NCBI RefSeq assembly: GCF_000315625.1
Contig: NW_005434657.1
Span: 343,934 to 407,933, forward strand
Length of the DNA: 64,000 nt
DNA from: Guillardia theta CCMP2712
Taxonomy: Eukaryota > Protista > Cryptophyta
Direction: 5' to 3'
Each line of letters begins with the position of its first letter. Within the stretch, counting starts at the first letter, position 1. The notes under the pieces were generated by a model that worked only from the letters and a program-made list of their open reading frames with translations, did not search any database and had not been told where the DNA came from. Both the position numbers and the translations under genes were made by a program. This document shows positions 12,105 through 40,129 of the stretch, one piece after another.

Positions 12105-15100
12105 TTACGCCGTCGCTCCTTGCTTGCGTGCCCGACTGACCCCTGTGACGTTCCTTGAAGGCCCCCAATACGTGCAGTTGACGAAGCAATCAAGAAGCTG
12201 AGAAGAGGTCAGGAGGTGGAGAGGAAGCAGAGGAGCGGGATGAAAGTGTAGAAGGGAGAGGGAGAGGGGAGAGGGAGAGGGAGAGGGAGAGGGAGAGGGA
12301 GAGGGAGAGGGAGAGGGAGAGGGAGAGGGAGAGGGAGAGGGAGAGGGAGAGGGAGAGAGAGACACAAATCTGCTTCACCTCCCTCCTCTCTCTCCTCGCT
12401 GGGTGATCTTTCCTCGCCATCGCCTCCACGTTGTTCAGCATTCTCCGCATGGTTGACTAGTGTCCGCACCACCCCATATCAGTAGTACCCCCCATCTATT
12501 ACTTAAAAACCACCCCCACATCGTTCCTTTTGCCAACATCATCAACATGCTGTGGCGGAGGGCGTGGCCATGGCTGTTGGCAGCGGCGGTCGTGATGACG
12601 ATGAGCGCGAGGAATGCGAAGGAGGAGGAGAGAAGAGAGAGCATGGCGACTGTACTGAGCGAGAAGAGCCTGATGCGCATCCTCCACGAGCGGGAGAGGG
12701 TCAGGAAGCAGCTCAAGTCAANNNNNNNNNNNNNNNNNNNNNNNNNNNNNNNNNNNNNNNNNNNNNNNNNNNNNNNNNNNNNNNNNNNNNNNNNNNNNNN
12801 NNNNNNNNNNNNNNNNNNNNNNNNNNNNNNNNNNNNNNNNNNNNNNNNNNNNNNNNNNNNNNNNNNNNNNNNNNNNNNNNNNNNNNNNNNNNNNNNNNNN
12901 NNNNNNNNNNNNNNNNNNNNNNNNNNNNNNNNNNNNNNNNNNNNNNNNNNNNNNNNNNNNNNNNNNNNNNNNNNNNNNNNNNNNNNNNNNNNNNNNNNNN
13001 NNNNNNNNNNNNNNNNNNNNNNNNNNNNNNNNNNNNNNNNNNNNNNNNNNNNNNNNNNNNNNNNNNNNNNNNNNNNNNNNNNNNNNNNNNNNNNNNNNNN
13101 NNNNNNNAGAGGAGAGAGAGAGGAGAGAGAGAGAGGGAGAGGAAGAGGGAGAGATGGTGAGGGATCGGGAGGGCAAACGTCGAGCACAGGGAGGGGTTTG
13201 CGATAGGAAAGAAAAGCAACAGGAGGGGGAGTTGGGGAGGGATGGGCGGGAGGGTGCGAGCGAGAAAGGATTGAGGCGGGTCCGGCGTGCTCACCTCGCT
13301 TTCGTTGAATGGCCGATGAGCGGCAAGGAGCACGCCTCGCATCTCGGCGTGGAGAGGACGACGACGTAGCTCGCTGACGTCCTGCACGGGAGGATAGACG
13401 ATGTCGATGTCAGATGTCGAACACGGGAGAGAAGCGACACGAGAGGAAGGAGTGGAACGAGGAAGCAAACAGGTTCATGCAAGGAAGAGAGGGGAGTATT
13501 TGCAGTGAGGAGGGATATGAGGAGGGAGATAAAAGAAGACATTTCGGCCGAGAGCACTTGAGACATCATAACAAGACAAACAAAAAAACCATTCACAACG
13601 TCATGAAACAAAAGTTGCTGATGAACGGATGTTGAGATGCGCAGTTGTTTGCTCAGACCTTTCGCGCAAGAGCATGATACTTGTTCATCCCAAACTGACT
13701 GAAGAGATGGCTGAGGACAGGAGGTTAAGCCGCTTCTTCCCTCCATCCTCCTCTCACGTCAAGAAGCCCGAATGCGAAACGACGGCGATTCTCTGGTGCG
13801 CGTGTGAGGAGCGACAAGTGAAGTAGGAGGGGAGAGGACGGGAAGGAGGGAAAGAAAGGAGGAGAGAGCAAGGAGAAGGAAAGAGCAAATAAGGAAAAGG
13901 TGAGGAGGGAGGAAAAGAGGAGGGAGCAAGGAGCAGGCTATAGAAGAGCAGACGAGGATGGACGTGAGGCAACCTCTTCTGGACGCGAGCAAAGCCACTG
14001 GAGGAACCGAGTCGCTCTCATGCCTGGAGGGACAGAACAAGGTCACAGCCCACCAGGTTCCTTCCTCCCGGTTCTCACGGCAGAGCTCCAAGTCCTCAAC
14101 CAAGTTCTCCGCGATGAAGTCCTGCAGCACTGGAGGTGAGGAGGGCCAGACAGCGCGAGGAGGAGAGGAGAGTCGCTCACGTCGTCGTAGCGGATCAGCG
14201 AGAAGTCTACATTGGGAAACTCCTTCTTCAACTCCCTGAACCACCCGCGTCAGTCAGTCAGCTCAGTCAGCCTCACCCTCGTCTCCTCCCTCCTGTCCTC
14301 ACGTTACAGATCTGCGACAGTCACACGGCAGGCCTGCAGGCTGTCAGTGGAGATGCAAGGCGAGGCCACGCCTGCCAGCCACCTGTGATCCGCTCTCGAC
14401 ACAAGTCCGTGGCGATGATAGGGATCCTCTGGCTGCAGCAGCGAGATGTCAACGAGAGGGAGGAGGAGGAGGAGGAGGAGGAGGAGGAGGAGGAGGAGGA
14501 GAACAGCAGGATCTGAGCAATCAGCAGAGCACTAGCAACGGAGGGCACAAGTCACATGATATCATCACCTCCTTTTCGTGCCGCTTGAGGCAGGCTGCCC
14601 GTTCGAGCCCGACTGGTTAGTCAAGGTCTCCTCAGTCAGTTTGACTGCCATCAATCTGGACGCTACGTCATCCCCCGGTATCAGACCGACAGGCACCTCA
14701 CTTGTCGTGCAGCGCTGAAAACTCTTCTGCCACCGTCGACTTGTGCCCCTCCTCCTCGTTGATGAGCGAGCCCGGCGGAAACTTGCGATGCGCTTCCCAC
14801 ATGCCTGCAGGATGGTCCCAGTCCTTGTCCATGAAGTCCATCCCCGGGAACGTGTTGTTCCTCCCGTCGTCACTCTCCACCATCGTCAGAGGCTCCGGCT
14901 GCGGGCTGATGCACCTCGACTGATGAGAACGATCAGGAGACAAGGAAAGCAAGGGAGGGAGGGAGGGAGGGAGGGAAGGAGGGAGGGAAGGAGGGAGATG
15001 CGAACGACTCGGCTAACGTACTCGAGCTCGAGAGTATGCTGGCGTCGCACGGTTGAGATCCCCTAGAGCTGATTCTGCTGTCTGAAGGGCGCGAGTGAGG

Positions 15101-15545
15101 GGAGAGACGACGACGAGCTGAAAGTCGAGGGGATGTTTCGAGCAGAGAATCTCCGTCTTGAGCCGCTGACACTCCTCGTAGCCCTTAGGGGAGAGAGCAG
15201 CGTCGAAGAATTCCATCCCACCGTTGTGGACCAGGAGCTCCTTTGCGGTGACCTGGAGGCGAGTGTCACAGCGGGAGGGGAGAGAGAGAAGGAGGGAAGG
15301 AAGTAGAGAAGGGAGCCGAGAAGGAAGTTGCAGAGGAGGAGGGAGACGAAAATGCAGGAACCAGGAGGGATACCGTGTTGTGAAGCCCCTCAGCGTTTCC
15401 TATGAAGTAGATCCGCTTGCATCGACGACTGAGGAAGAGAGAGAAGCTGGTGGAGAGGCGGCAAAGTCACACAGTGAACAATCCTTTCCTCTGATATCGT
15501 CCCTACCCCAGCTCCGTCTCCACCGAGTAAGCATAGGAGTCCATG
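12105..15545 (-). CDS. Histidine phosphatase superfamily / phosphoglycerate mutase-like protein, multi-exon (ends uncertain, spans a gap)
   Basis: Exons: KRIYFIGNAEGLHN, FDAALSPKGYEECQ, LVVVSPLTRALQTA, IPIIATDLCRERI, KKEFPNVDFSLI, RIAVVSHSGFL. Confidence 0.8.
12254..12358. repeat. (GGAGAG)n microsatellite
   Basis: Pure hexamer run. Confidence 0.95.
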
Positions 15546-15871
15546 GATGGGAAGGTGACCTAAAGAGGGAAGGAGGCAGAATCAGCCAGGTCCATCCAGG
15601 CCCGCGTTGCAGCGGCACGGGGTTGAGCATGATCCACGAGGGGGGGAGGCGGAGAGGATAGGAGGTCATGACGTCACCTCTGAATGCGCCCGGGTCATCC
15701 TCCTCAGCGGTCCTTTCTTCTTCACCGTTGTCTAACCAGCGGAGTCAGCGGCCGACCCTCAAACCTCCTTCAAGTCACCTGCGCTTGCCCTTGCGCAGTT
15801 TCCGACACATTCAGCACATCCAAGTTCGGACCAGCCGTGTCTGAGCCACCGGCGCTAGTCCCCACGTCTTG

Positions 15872-17073
15872 AGAACCTCCCCTGAGGCGCGACATGGCTT
15901 GGCAGGGCAGCAACTTTGGTCGGGCCGCGTCATCTGATCTCTTTGCAAGGGAGAGGCTTCGAGATGGAGGTAAAGGTTTGATTGCACTCGATTGCTGTAA
16001 GCAAACCGTCAAAGGGAGCGATTGAGGCTTCCCCTCTATCTCACCAGATCGAGCAAGTCCACTTTGAGGCTGTACCCTCCTCGGACGGTGTTGGCCGCGT
16101 CCGAAGTCCAAACCTGCACACCCATCATCTACCATCAGAAACTCCAGATGCGCGATGACGAACAATCGCAACAACGAGGAGGTGAAGGCATAAGATGCTC
16201 CAGTAAGATCCTGCTCGTTTTGCATTCCAGGGTATCAGTGTCCGGTAACAGTCGACCAGTTATTGACGAGATCTTTTGTGTCACCTTCCATCTTCTAGCA
16301 CTCGAGGTGTTGGGTGGTTCCTATGAATGCATACTCATAACTCACTCCCAAACTTCTTCACGTCAAACCATCTGCTCCCATCATCAGAACTCACGACATA
16401 GGAGTTGAAAATTGTGATATGCAGGTTCCAGAACAACGTGGAATCCAATGTGAGTTTGGTTCTCATCAGCGTCACTATCAAGGTATGCTGTGCATGACTG
16501 CGAATGATACAGAGATTTTGAAGGGAAGGGAGACTGAGACGAGAAGGAGAGAGAGGATTCCAGTGGAATGGTGGTCTCAGGTACACATCTCAAAATGGGA
16601 TTCGGAGGGACAACAGATGGGAAAGAGCGGTAGAAAGGTGAAGAAATGCCATTGTTGAGCAGACACGATCGAGTTCATCATCGTGGTAGTAGGGTCAATA
16701 CAGGAGGAGGAAGACTTGAAGATGATACCGAGAACACCTTATGGGATGCGAAACGAGGTGGATGTACTTTCTTTGGAGCAATCAGGGAACGAGAAAAAAA
16801 CAGGATTGAACTCGATCATAAGGTTGAACATCTGATGAGCGAATGTGGGACGTGCTAGATTCCCAGAAGGAACAGTTGGTGGAAGAGGAGGTGGGAGCAG
16901 CGGTGGCATTTAAGAGTAACAATAGGGGAGCATTCTGCAGGGTGACAAGACGAAGCAGAGGAGATAAACGAAGAGAGCAAGGGGAAACAACATGAGAACA
17001 GCGCAATTTGCTCTCTGCTCTTCGTCGCCATACCTTCTCTCTTCCGCGTCTCCACCACTCGCTTCGCCGCCAT
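15872..17073 (-). CDS. hypothetical multi-exon protein
   Basis: ATG at 17073 (MAAKRVVETRKRE) and several short exon-like segments such as VWTSDAANTVRGGYSLKVDLLDL. No domain recognised. Confidence 0.35.
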
Positions 17074-17615
17074 GGCGGCTGCCCACCGATGGTTTAGAGG
17101 CGCTAGGGTCCCCCTTTTGCCCTGGGGGTAGGGGGTACCACCCTACCCTACATCAAGAGCAAATTACGTATACAATCAATGGGTATCAGAGATAGAAGGA
17201 AGGGTTCATGAAATATTACAACAGTTGACCCACCCTACCTCCATCTGATACTACCACCCTCACATCAGCGGTAAAGTACCCACTTTCATCGGGGTGTGCA
17301 CTTCGGAAGACCACCGGTTGTGTGTAGGGACACTACCCCACAGTCTGGTGAAGTCCAGCGGCGATTCTCCGGGCCTCCGACCGGCCCCGGCTGAAACCGT
17401 GACGCCGTTGAACTGTTCATTTACTTGAAGGTGACTGAACTTCGGAAACCTTGAACTTGCCTACTACCCGGTAGTCAGTACCGTACGTTCAGCCGAGGCT
17501 ACTAGGCCCTGAGTCATGATTGACTCCAGGCCCCTCCTAGTAGCGGCCTCCCGGGCCACCTTGTTACCGTACTAAGTTATAATGTTTTGGGGTGGTCACC
17601 CGAGCAAGCGGGCGA

Positions 17616-17702
17616 CTCACCATAGCTCAGTTGGCAGAGCATCTGACTGTAGAGGCTTCCACAGACATCAGAGTGTCCTTGGTTCGATTCCGAGTGGTGA
17701 GA
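17616..17702 (+). tRNA. tRNA-Tyr(GTA) with 14-nt intron
   Basis: Acceptor stem CTCACCA/TGGTGAG plus A73; A-box TAGCTCAGTTGG; anticodon arm TCTGA-CTGTAG[aggcttccacagac]A-TCAGA; B-box GGTTCGATTCC; T6 terminator at ~17726; C1-G72 pair typical of eukaryotic tRNA-Tyr. Confidence 0.95.
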
Positions 17703-17948
17703 CCACAAGAGCTATCCCCGCTTTCTTTTTTAGATCCACCCTTGCTTATTGTTCTAGTACCCTACCACCACCTCCCTTCCTCCCTGCTACCACCCCTCCA
17801 CGACCATTTCTGTTTTACCCTGCACCGACCCCTCCTTGCCCTCCACTTCAACCGCACGTTTGGGTCTCCACCCCACCTCTTCTATGTGATTACCACCACC
17901 CCATCTGTTCAATGTCACCCTACCCCTGACCGGGACCAATCTTGTTTT

Positions 17949-18080
17949 CTACCACCTCTACCACCTCTACCACCTCTACCACCTCTACCACCTCTACCAC
18001 CTCTACCACCTCTACCACCTCTACCACCTCTACCACCTCTACCACCTCTACCACCTCTACCACCTCTACCACCTCTACCA
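17949..18080. repeat. (CTACCACCT)n 9-mer tandem array, ~14.5 copies
   Basis: Pure run inside the inverted-repeat spacer. Confidence 0.95.
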
Positions 18081-18234
18081 AAGAAGCATGAGGGAGGGCA
18101 AGGAGGGGTCGGTGCAGGGTAAAACAGAAATGGTCGTGGAGGGGTGGTAGCAGGGAGGAAGGGAGGTGGTGGTAGGGTACTAGAACAATAAGCAAGGGTG
18201 GATCTAAAAAAGAAAGCGGGGATAGCTCTTGTGG

Positions 18235-18321
18235 TCTCACCACTCGGAATCGAACCAAGGACACTCTGATGTCTGTGGAAACCTCTACAGTCAGATGCTC
18301 TGCCAACTGAGCTATGGTGAG
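18235..18321 (-). tRNA. tRNA-Tyr(GTA) with 14-nt intron (second copy)
   Basis: Reverse complement of 17616-17702, differing at one intron base. Confidence 0.95.
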
Positions 18322-18401
18322 TCGCCCGCTGTAGAGGCGGGGTCCTCTAGGGTTTATATAGGGGTTCGTGGGGGGTTGAGTTGGGGTGGGGTGGTTGCGC
18401 C

Positions 18402-30987
<12,586 letters not shown>

Positions 30988-31121
30988 GGGAGGAGGAGGG
31001 AGGAGGAAGGAGGAGGGAGGGAGGGAGGAGGAGGAGGAGGAGGAGGAGGAGGAGGAGGAGGAGAGCAGGATTATCTTGATATTCATGTATATGGGGGTGG
31101 AGGGGGGGGAGGCGGAAAAGG

Positions 31122-35886
<4,765 letters not shown>

Positions 35887-37638
35887 CCAACCAGAGGCTG
35901 ATCAAGCCCACCAGGTATACTGATAGATTCACAGGACGTTCAAGAGAAAGCACTCGCCTTGAAACGCGGAATGTAGCAAACTCGAGGGGGGGAGAAGAGG
36001 CCAGGGGAGAGGGAGGAGAGGGAGGAGAGAGGCAAGGGAAGACCTGCGATACGTCAATGGAGGATTGTGCTCTGCCTCCGCATGAGAGTTGCTTGACTTT
36101 GACAGGGGATGGGTGGGTGGGGTCCTCTCCCCTTCAGGTACCGGGTATTTTCTCTGAGTGACGGCTGAGAGGAAGGGGGGTACGGGTAGTCTCTTTTGCC
36201 TGGCCGGGCCGAAAAGGTAGGGATAGACTATAAAATACATATTAAAGAAGCCGCTTATAACTTTGTAAAATAAACAGTGGACGGAGTCGGGCCGGGGTCC
36301 CGAAAGGTAGGGGTAGTCGAATTGGCGCCGACTCAATGTCAGGTAGGGGGTCCGTGGAATAACGGAGGGTACCGGTGAATTAGTTCACAAAAATAGGGGT
36401 GATTCGACCTAGGGGTGATATCAAGACCGTGAGCAGGATTGGGGGGTGTAGTAGTCAAAGACTTCCTGTACCTTTGGGAGGGGTGGGTGGTGGCGGGTGA
36501 CTCACTTTGTCAACATCTACTCTTGTGGTGGGGGTGGTATAGCGGGGGCACGAGAGGGTGATCAGCCATGAAGTGAACCTTTCCGTTAAGTGGGGGAGTG
36601 GGGTGGGTATTACACTTATAAAAAAAAAACTAACATAGTTCCGGAGGAGGGAGGACCCTATGGTATGTTGGCTCTAGGCTACCAATGGGTGGGTGGAGGG
36701 GGTTGATTGATGCACCCGACACAGTGCCGGAGCAGGGGTGGGTACTTCAATAGAGGGGTACGACGGTCGCCCGCTGAGCGGCTGAATTTCTACCTCTGAG
36801 GCGGGTCATTAGTACTATTGGGAGAACTCAAATTGGAAGCCTGCCGCTAAGCATCATTTGAAAATTAGACCAAGGTCACTTTGTTTTTATTGGCTAATTT
36901 TCAAAAATTTGGAGATAGAGTGGTGCCTTTCAATACAACACAACAACAGATCGAAAGCGCTCTCTTTCACGAAGTTGTTCACTACCAACACTGTGATGAG
37001 TAAAACTAAAGGCCGGCAGTACTGTCATCACCCCCCTCCGTGAAAGGCATACAAACTCCGAAGAGTTCTGGTTTCTTACTCCTCGTCCGACCTGTACTGG
37101 GTGCTAGGTCAGCTATTCTATAAGAGAAGGCATATCAAATTTGGTCATGGTGGTGGGCTGCCCTGTCGCGCACAGAGATCTTTGGTGATTCCCAAAGGCT
37201 CCGTGTCCATTTGCAGAACGAATGGGCACGGCTGGGCCCGGTGGCCGGGCCGGGCAGGTTAAATGATGATAATTGTTTTTATTGACCCAAATTTATTTTT
37301 TTAATATTTATTTGTCCAAAATATGACGATTAAGATAAATCTTCCTGAAACTTACCGCCTGCTTACTCTTACGAAATGCGACTACCCGACGAAGGACGAC
37401 CATGCTTGTGGAGGAGGGGAAAAGGGCGGGACAAGGAATGAGCACGATGATGATGAAAGAGAGCCATTGTATGGTAGTCCCGACCCTGCAATTTGAGAGA
37501 TGCTAGAGTTGGATGTTGGGATTTTTCAGTGTTCACCTTCTGTCACACGGGATTTTGTTTTTCTTGATCACCTACCGGCCAATTCGACTATTCCCCGCTC
37601 TGCGTTTTCTGCAACTCACTAGAGATTTTGTTTGCAGC

Positions 37639-38701
37639 ATGATGTCAAAGATTCTGGCGATTCAAGCGTGCCTGGTGCTCTTCTCGCACTCAGCTTCTGC
37701 GTTTTCCCATCCGAACATGGTGAAAGGATTCAGAGGCGCCAGTGCTCCATCCTTTGCTCGATCAGTATCTCGCAGCCATCCCAGCAATCGCAAGACTTCT
37801 CCTATCTGCGCCATGGAGATCCCTGATACGTGAGCGAGGAAGGAGAGGAGATGGAGAGCTTGCTGATTGCCTCGCCAGGTACGGATTCGTCATGTCCACA
37901 GCGGCTCTTGCTGCAGGGATGGTGCAATGGAAAGCGATCCAGGTGAAGGAGAGGGAGGTTATTCCAATTTCGAGATGTAACGTGTCGTTGCTCACAGGTC
38001 TCTGTGGCAAGGAAGACGTACGGTGTCCAGTATCCCTCGATGTATGAAGGTGGGGATGCAAAACCTTGCAATCATCCCTGCCCCTTAAAAACCCTGTCCA
38101 GACAAGGAGGACTCGAAGTTCAACTGCGTGCAGAGAGGACATCAGGCAAACTTGTTTTGGGAGCAACTCGTCTGACCTGCTTTTAGAACACCCTTGAGTA
38201 TTTGCCGTCGTTCATGACTCTGCTCATGCTGAACGGCCTCATGGTGGGTTCAAGGATTTCTCCTTCAATGAAGGAATGCTGAGTACTGGCAATGAAGGCT
38301 CCAATCTCTACATCCATCCTTGGAATTGTTTGGATCGCCGCAAGAGTTGTGTACATCCTTGGCTACAGGTGACAAACGTGTTCCCTGACGGTTGTGGCTG
38401 TCCGTTGTTCCCCTCTTTCAAGTTTTGTTGTCGTGCGCCTGTTTCTGCATTCACTGCGATCTTTAGTGTTTGGATTTCCTTGTTGTCCATCATCCGATCT
38501 TGGGCGCATGATTGTTCCATCAGACTCACATCTGATCTGATCTTACTGCTGTGTTTGCTCTGATCTTACCGCTGTGTTTGCAGCCAGGATGGCCCGCAAG
38601 GTCGCCTTCCCGGCGTGATCGTCTCTGGTCTCATCTTCGTCTCGCTCATCTTTGCAACGATGTACAATGGCGTGAAGTTGGCTGGGCTCTTGCCATTCTG
38701 A
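37639..38701 (+). CDS. MAPEG family (microsomal glutathione S-transferase 3-like) with bipartite plastid-targeting presequence
   Basis: MMSKILAIQACLVLFSHSASA-F signal plus a Ser/Arg-rich transit peptide. Exons: ARKTYGVQYPSMYE, FNCVQRGHQ|NTLEYLP, WIAARVVYILGY, GPQGRLPG...LLPF*. Confidence 0.88.
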
Positions 38702-40129
38702 GAGCCTCGCGCTCGTGGCGCGGCGCCGGAATGATACCCGGCCGGGCGATCCGAGACTGGCCGGGCTGCAAGCCGCGGCCGGGGCCGTGCGCCGAGCGGT
38801 TTGGACTCCGAGGCTCCGAGTCAGTGTCCGAGTTCAATGAACTTAAGCCTGCACACCTTGTCATGTCGCACAACCTTTAGCCGCTGCGACTCGCGGCTGG
38901 GCCGCCAATCGAGTCACGGTTCAGCAGCGGCAGACTGCTGCCGTGCCACCCGGCTGGGCGGCGGCCGGGCGGGCCGCGAGTGAACTTGAGTTCAGACTCG
39001 GAGTCACGGAGTCCGGCACGGTCCGTCTGAGTCCGAGCCCGGGCCGGGCCAAAGCCTAGTAGTACCAGGCCCCCGGCACTGAGTACTGAGACTCAGCCTC
39101 ACTGTGACGGCACTGTGAACTGTGAATACTAGTAGCAGCACTGTACCGTAACCTTCGCATATATTGTTTCTTAATACGATCAATGTAGTAAACTTTTGTA
39201 CCTCTATATAGTACAAAAGATAATTATAAGCTTTATCTACTGAAATATTTTGTTTTAATATACAAAACAAACGGCATGGTAATCAATTTGTAAAAAAATA
39301 TTTGTACCTTTCCTTTCCATATTATAACTTGGACCTACAAACCTGTACAGAAAATTAAATTATTGCTTTTTATCTATATTATTTTTATAAGCGCGGATCT
39401 GTCGATGTCATCGGCTGCTGGGATAGTCGAGCTGGCAGGTCTTAATAAGAGATAATTACCTAATTTTCAAATTGAAATAGAAGTTTACCGACAAAAAATG
39501 GAAAATAAATGAAAGATTTCACCTTATATAGAGGAATATGATATTATTGGTGTAGACTAATAACACGTTCAAGGCCAACTTAGGTTAGCCAAGTCGCGTG
39601 AGCGGCAAGCAGCATGTGGAATGGGAGGGGAGGGACAGAGAGGAGGGAACGAGGAGAAGAGAGCCGGGTGCGTGAGGAGAAATGGTTTGAGGATCCAAAT
39701 CTGCCAACATGTATGTAGCATCGCTCCCTGCGAGCAATGGCGTTAGAGGTTCATGGAAGCATGGTGTTCGAATGTAGCCATCTCAGTTGGACAGTGGGGG
39801 GAGAATGGTCATGGCTAGAATTGAAGGTGGTTGGGAAGAGGTATGTGTCCATGCAGAATTAAGATGGAAAGATGAAGCAATTGGGGGTAGATTCAAGAGT
39901 GCATGCAGCTTGTCTTGAGAACAGGATTAATATCATTGTTTGAGAATGGCGATTTGCTTTCATATTTTCTGATCCCTGAATCATCTCTTGCTGGCTTTGG
40001 GGAACTCACGACCATATCTTGTTTCAGGTCATATTTTCACGCCTTGTGGCCAAGGTTGATGTTCTGATCGGGATTGGCACGTGATCCCTGGACCAGAAAC
40101 TTCCTTATCCACTGCATATCCCTACCAAG

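Larger units (their letters stand above)
17607..18330. repeat. Inverted duplication, arms 17607-17844 and 18093-18330 (238 bp)
   Basis: Arms are reverse complements with one mismatch (17656 vs 18281); the spacer is 248 bp. Confidence 0.95.

Noticed and set aside
17949-18080. CRISPR array or telomeric repeat
   Set aside because: No spacers or cas genes, eukaryotic context, and the unit does not match a telomere motif I know.
17592-18306. Duplicated ORFs with PPL/VEV repeats
   Set aside because: These are translations of the tRNA genes and the 9-mer satellite.
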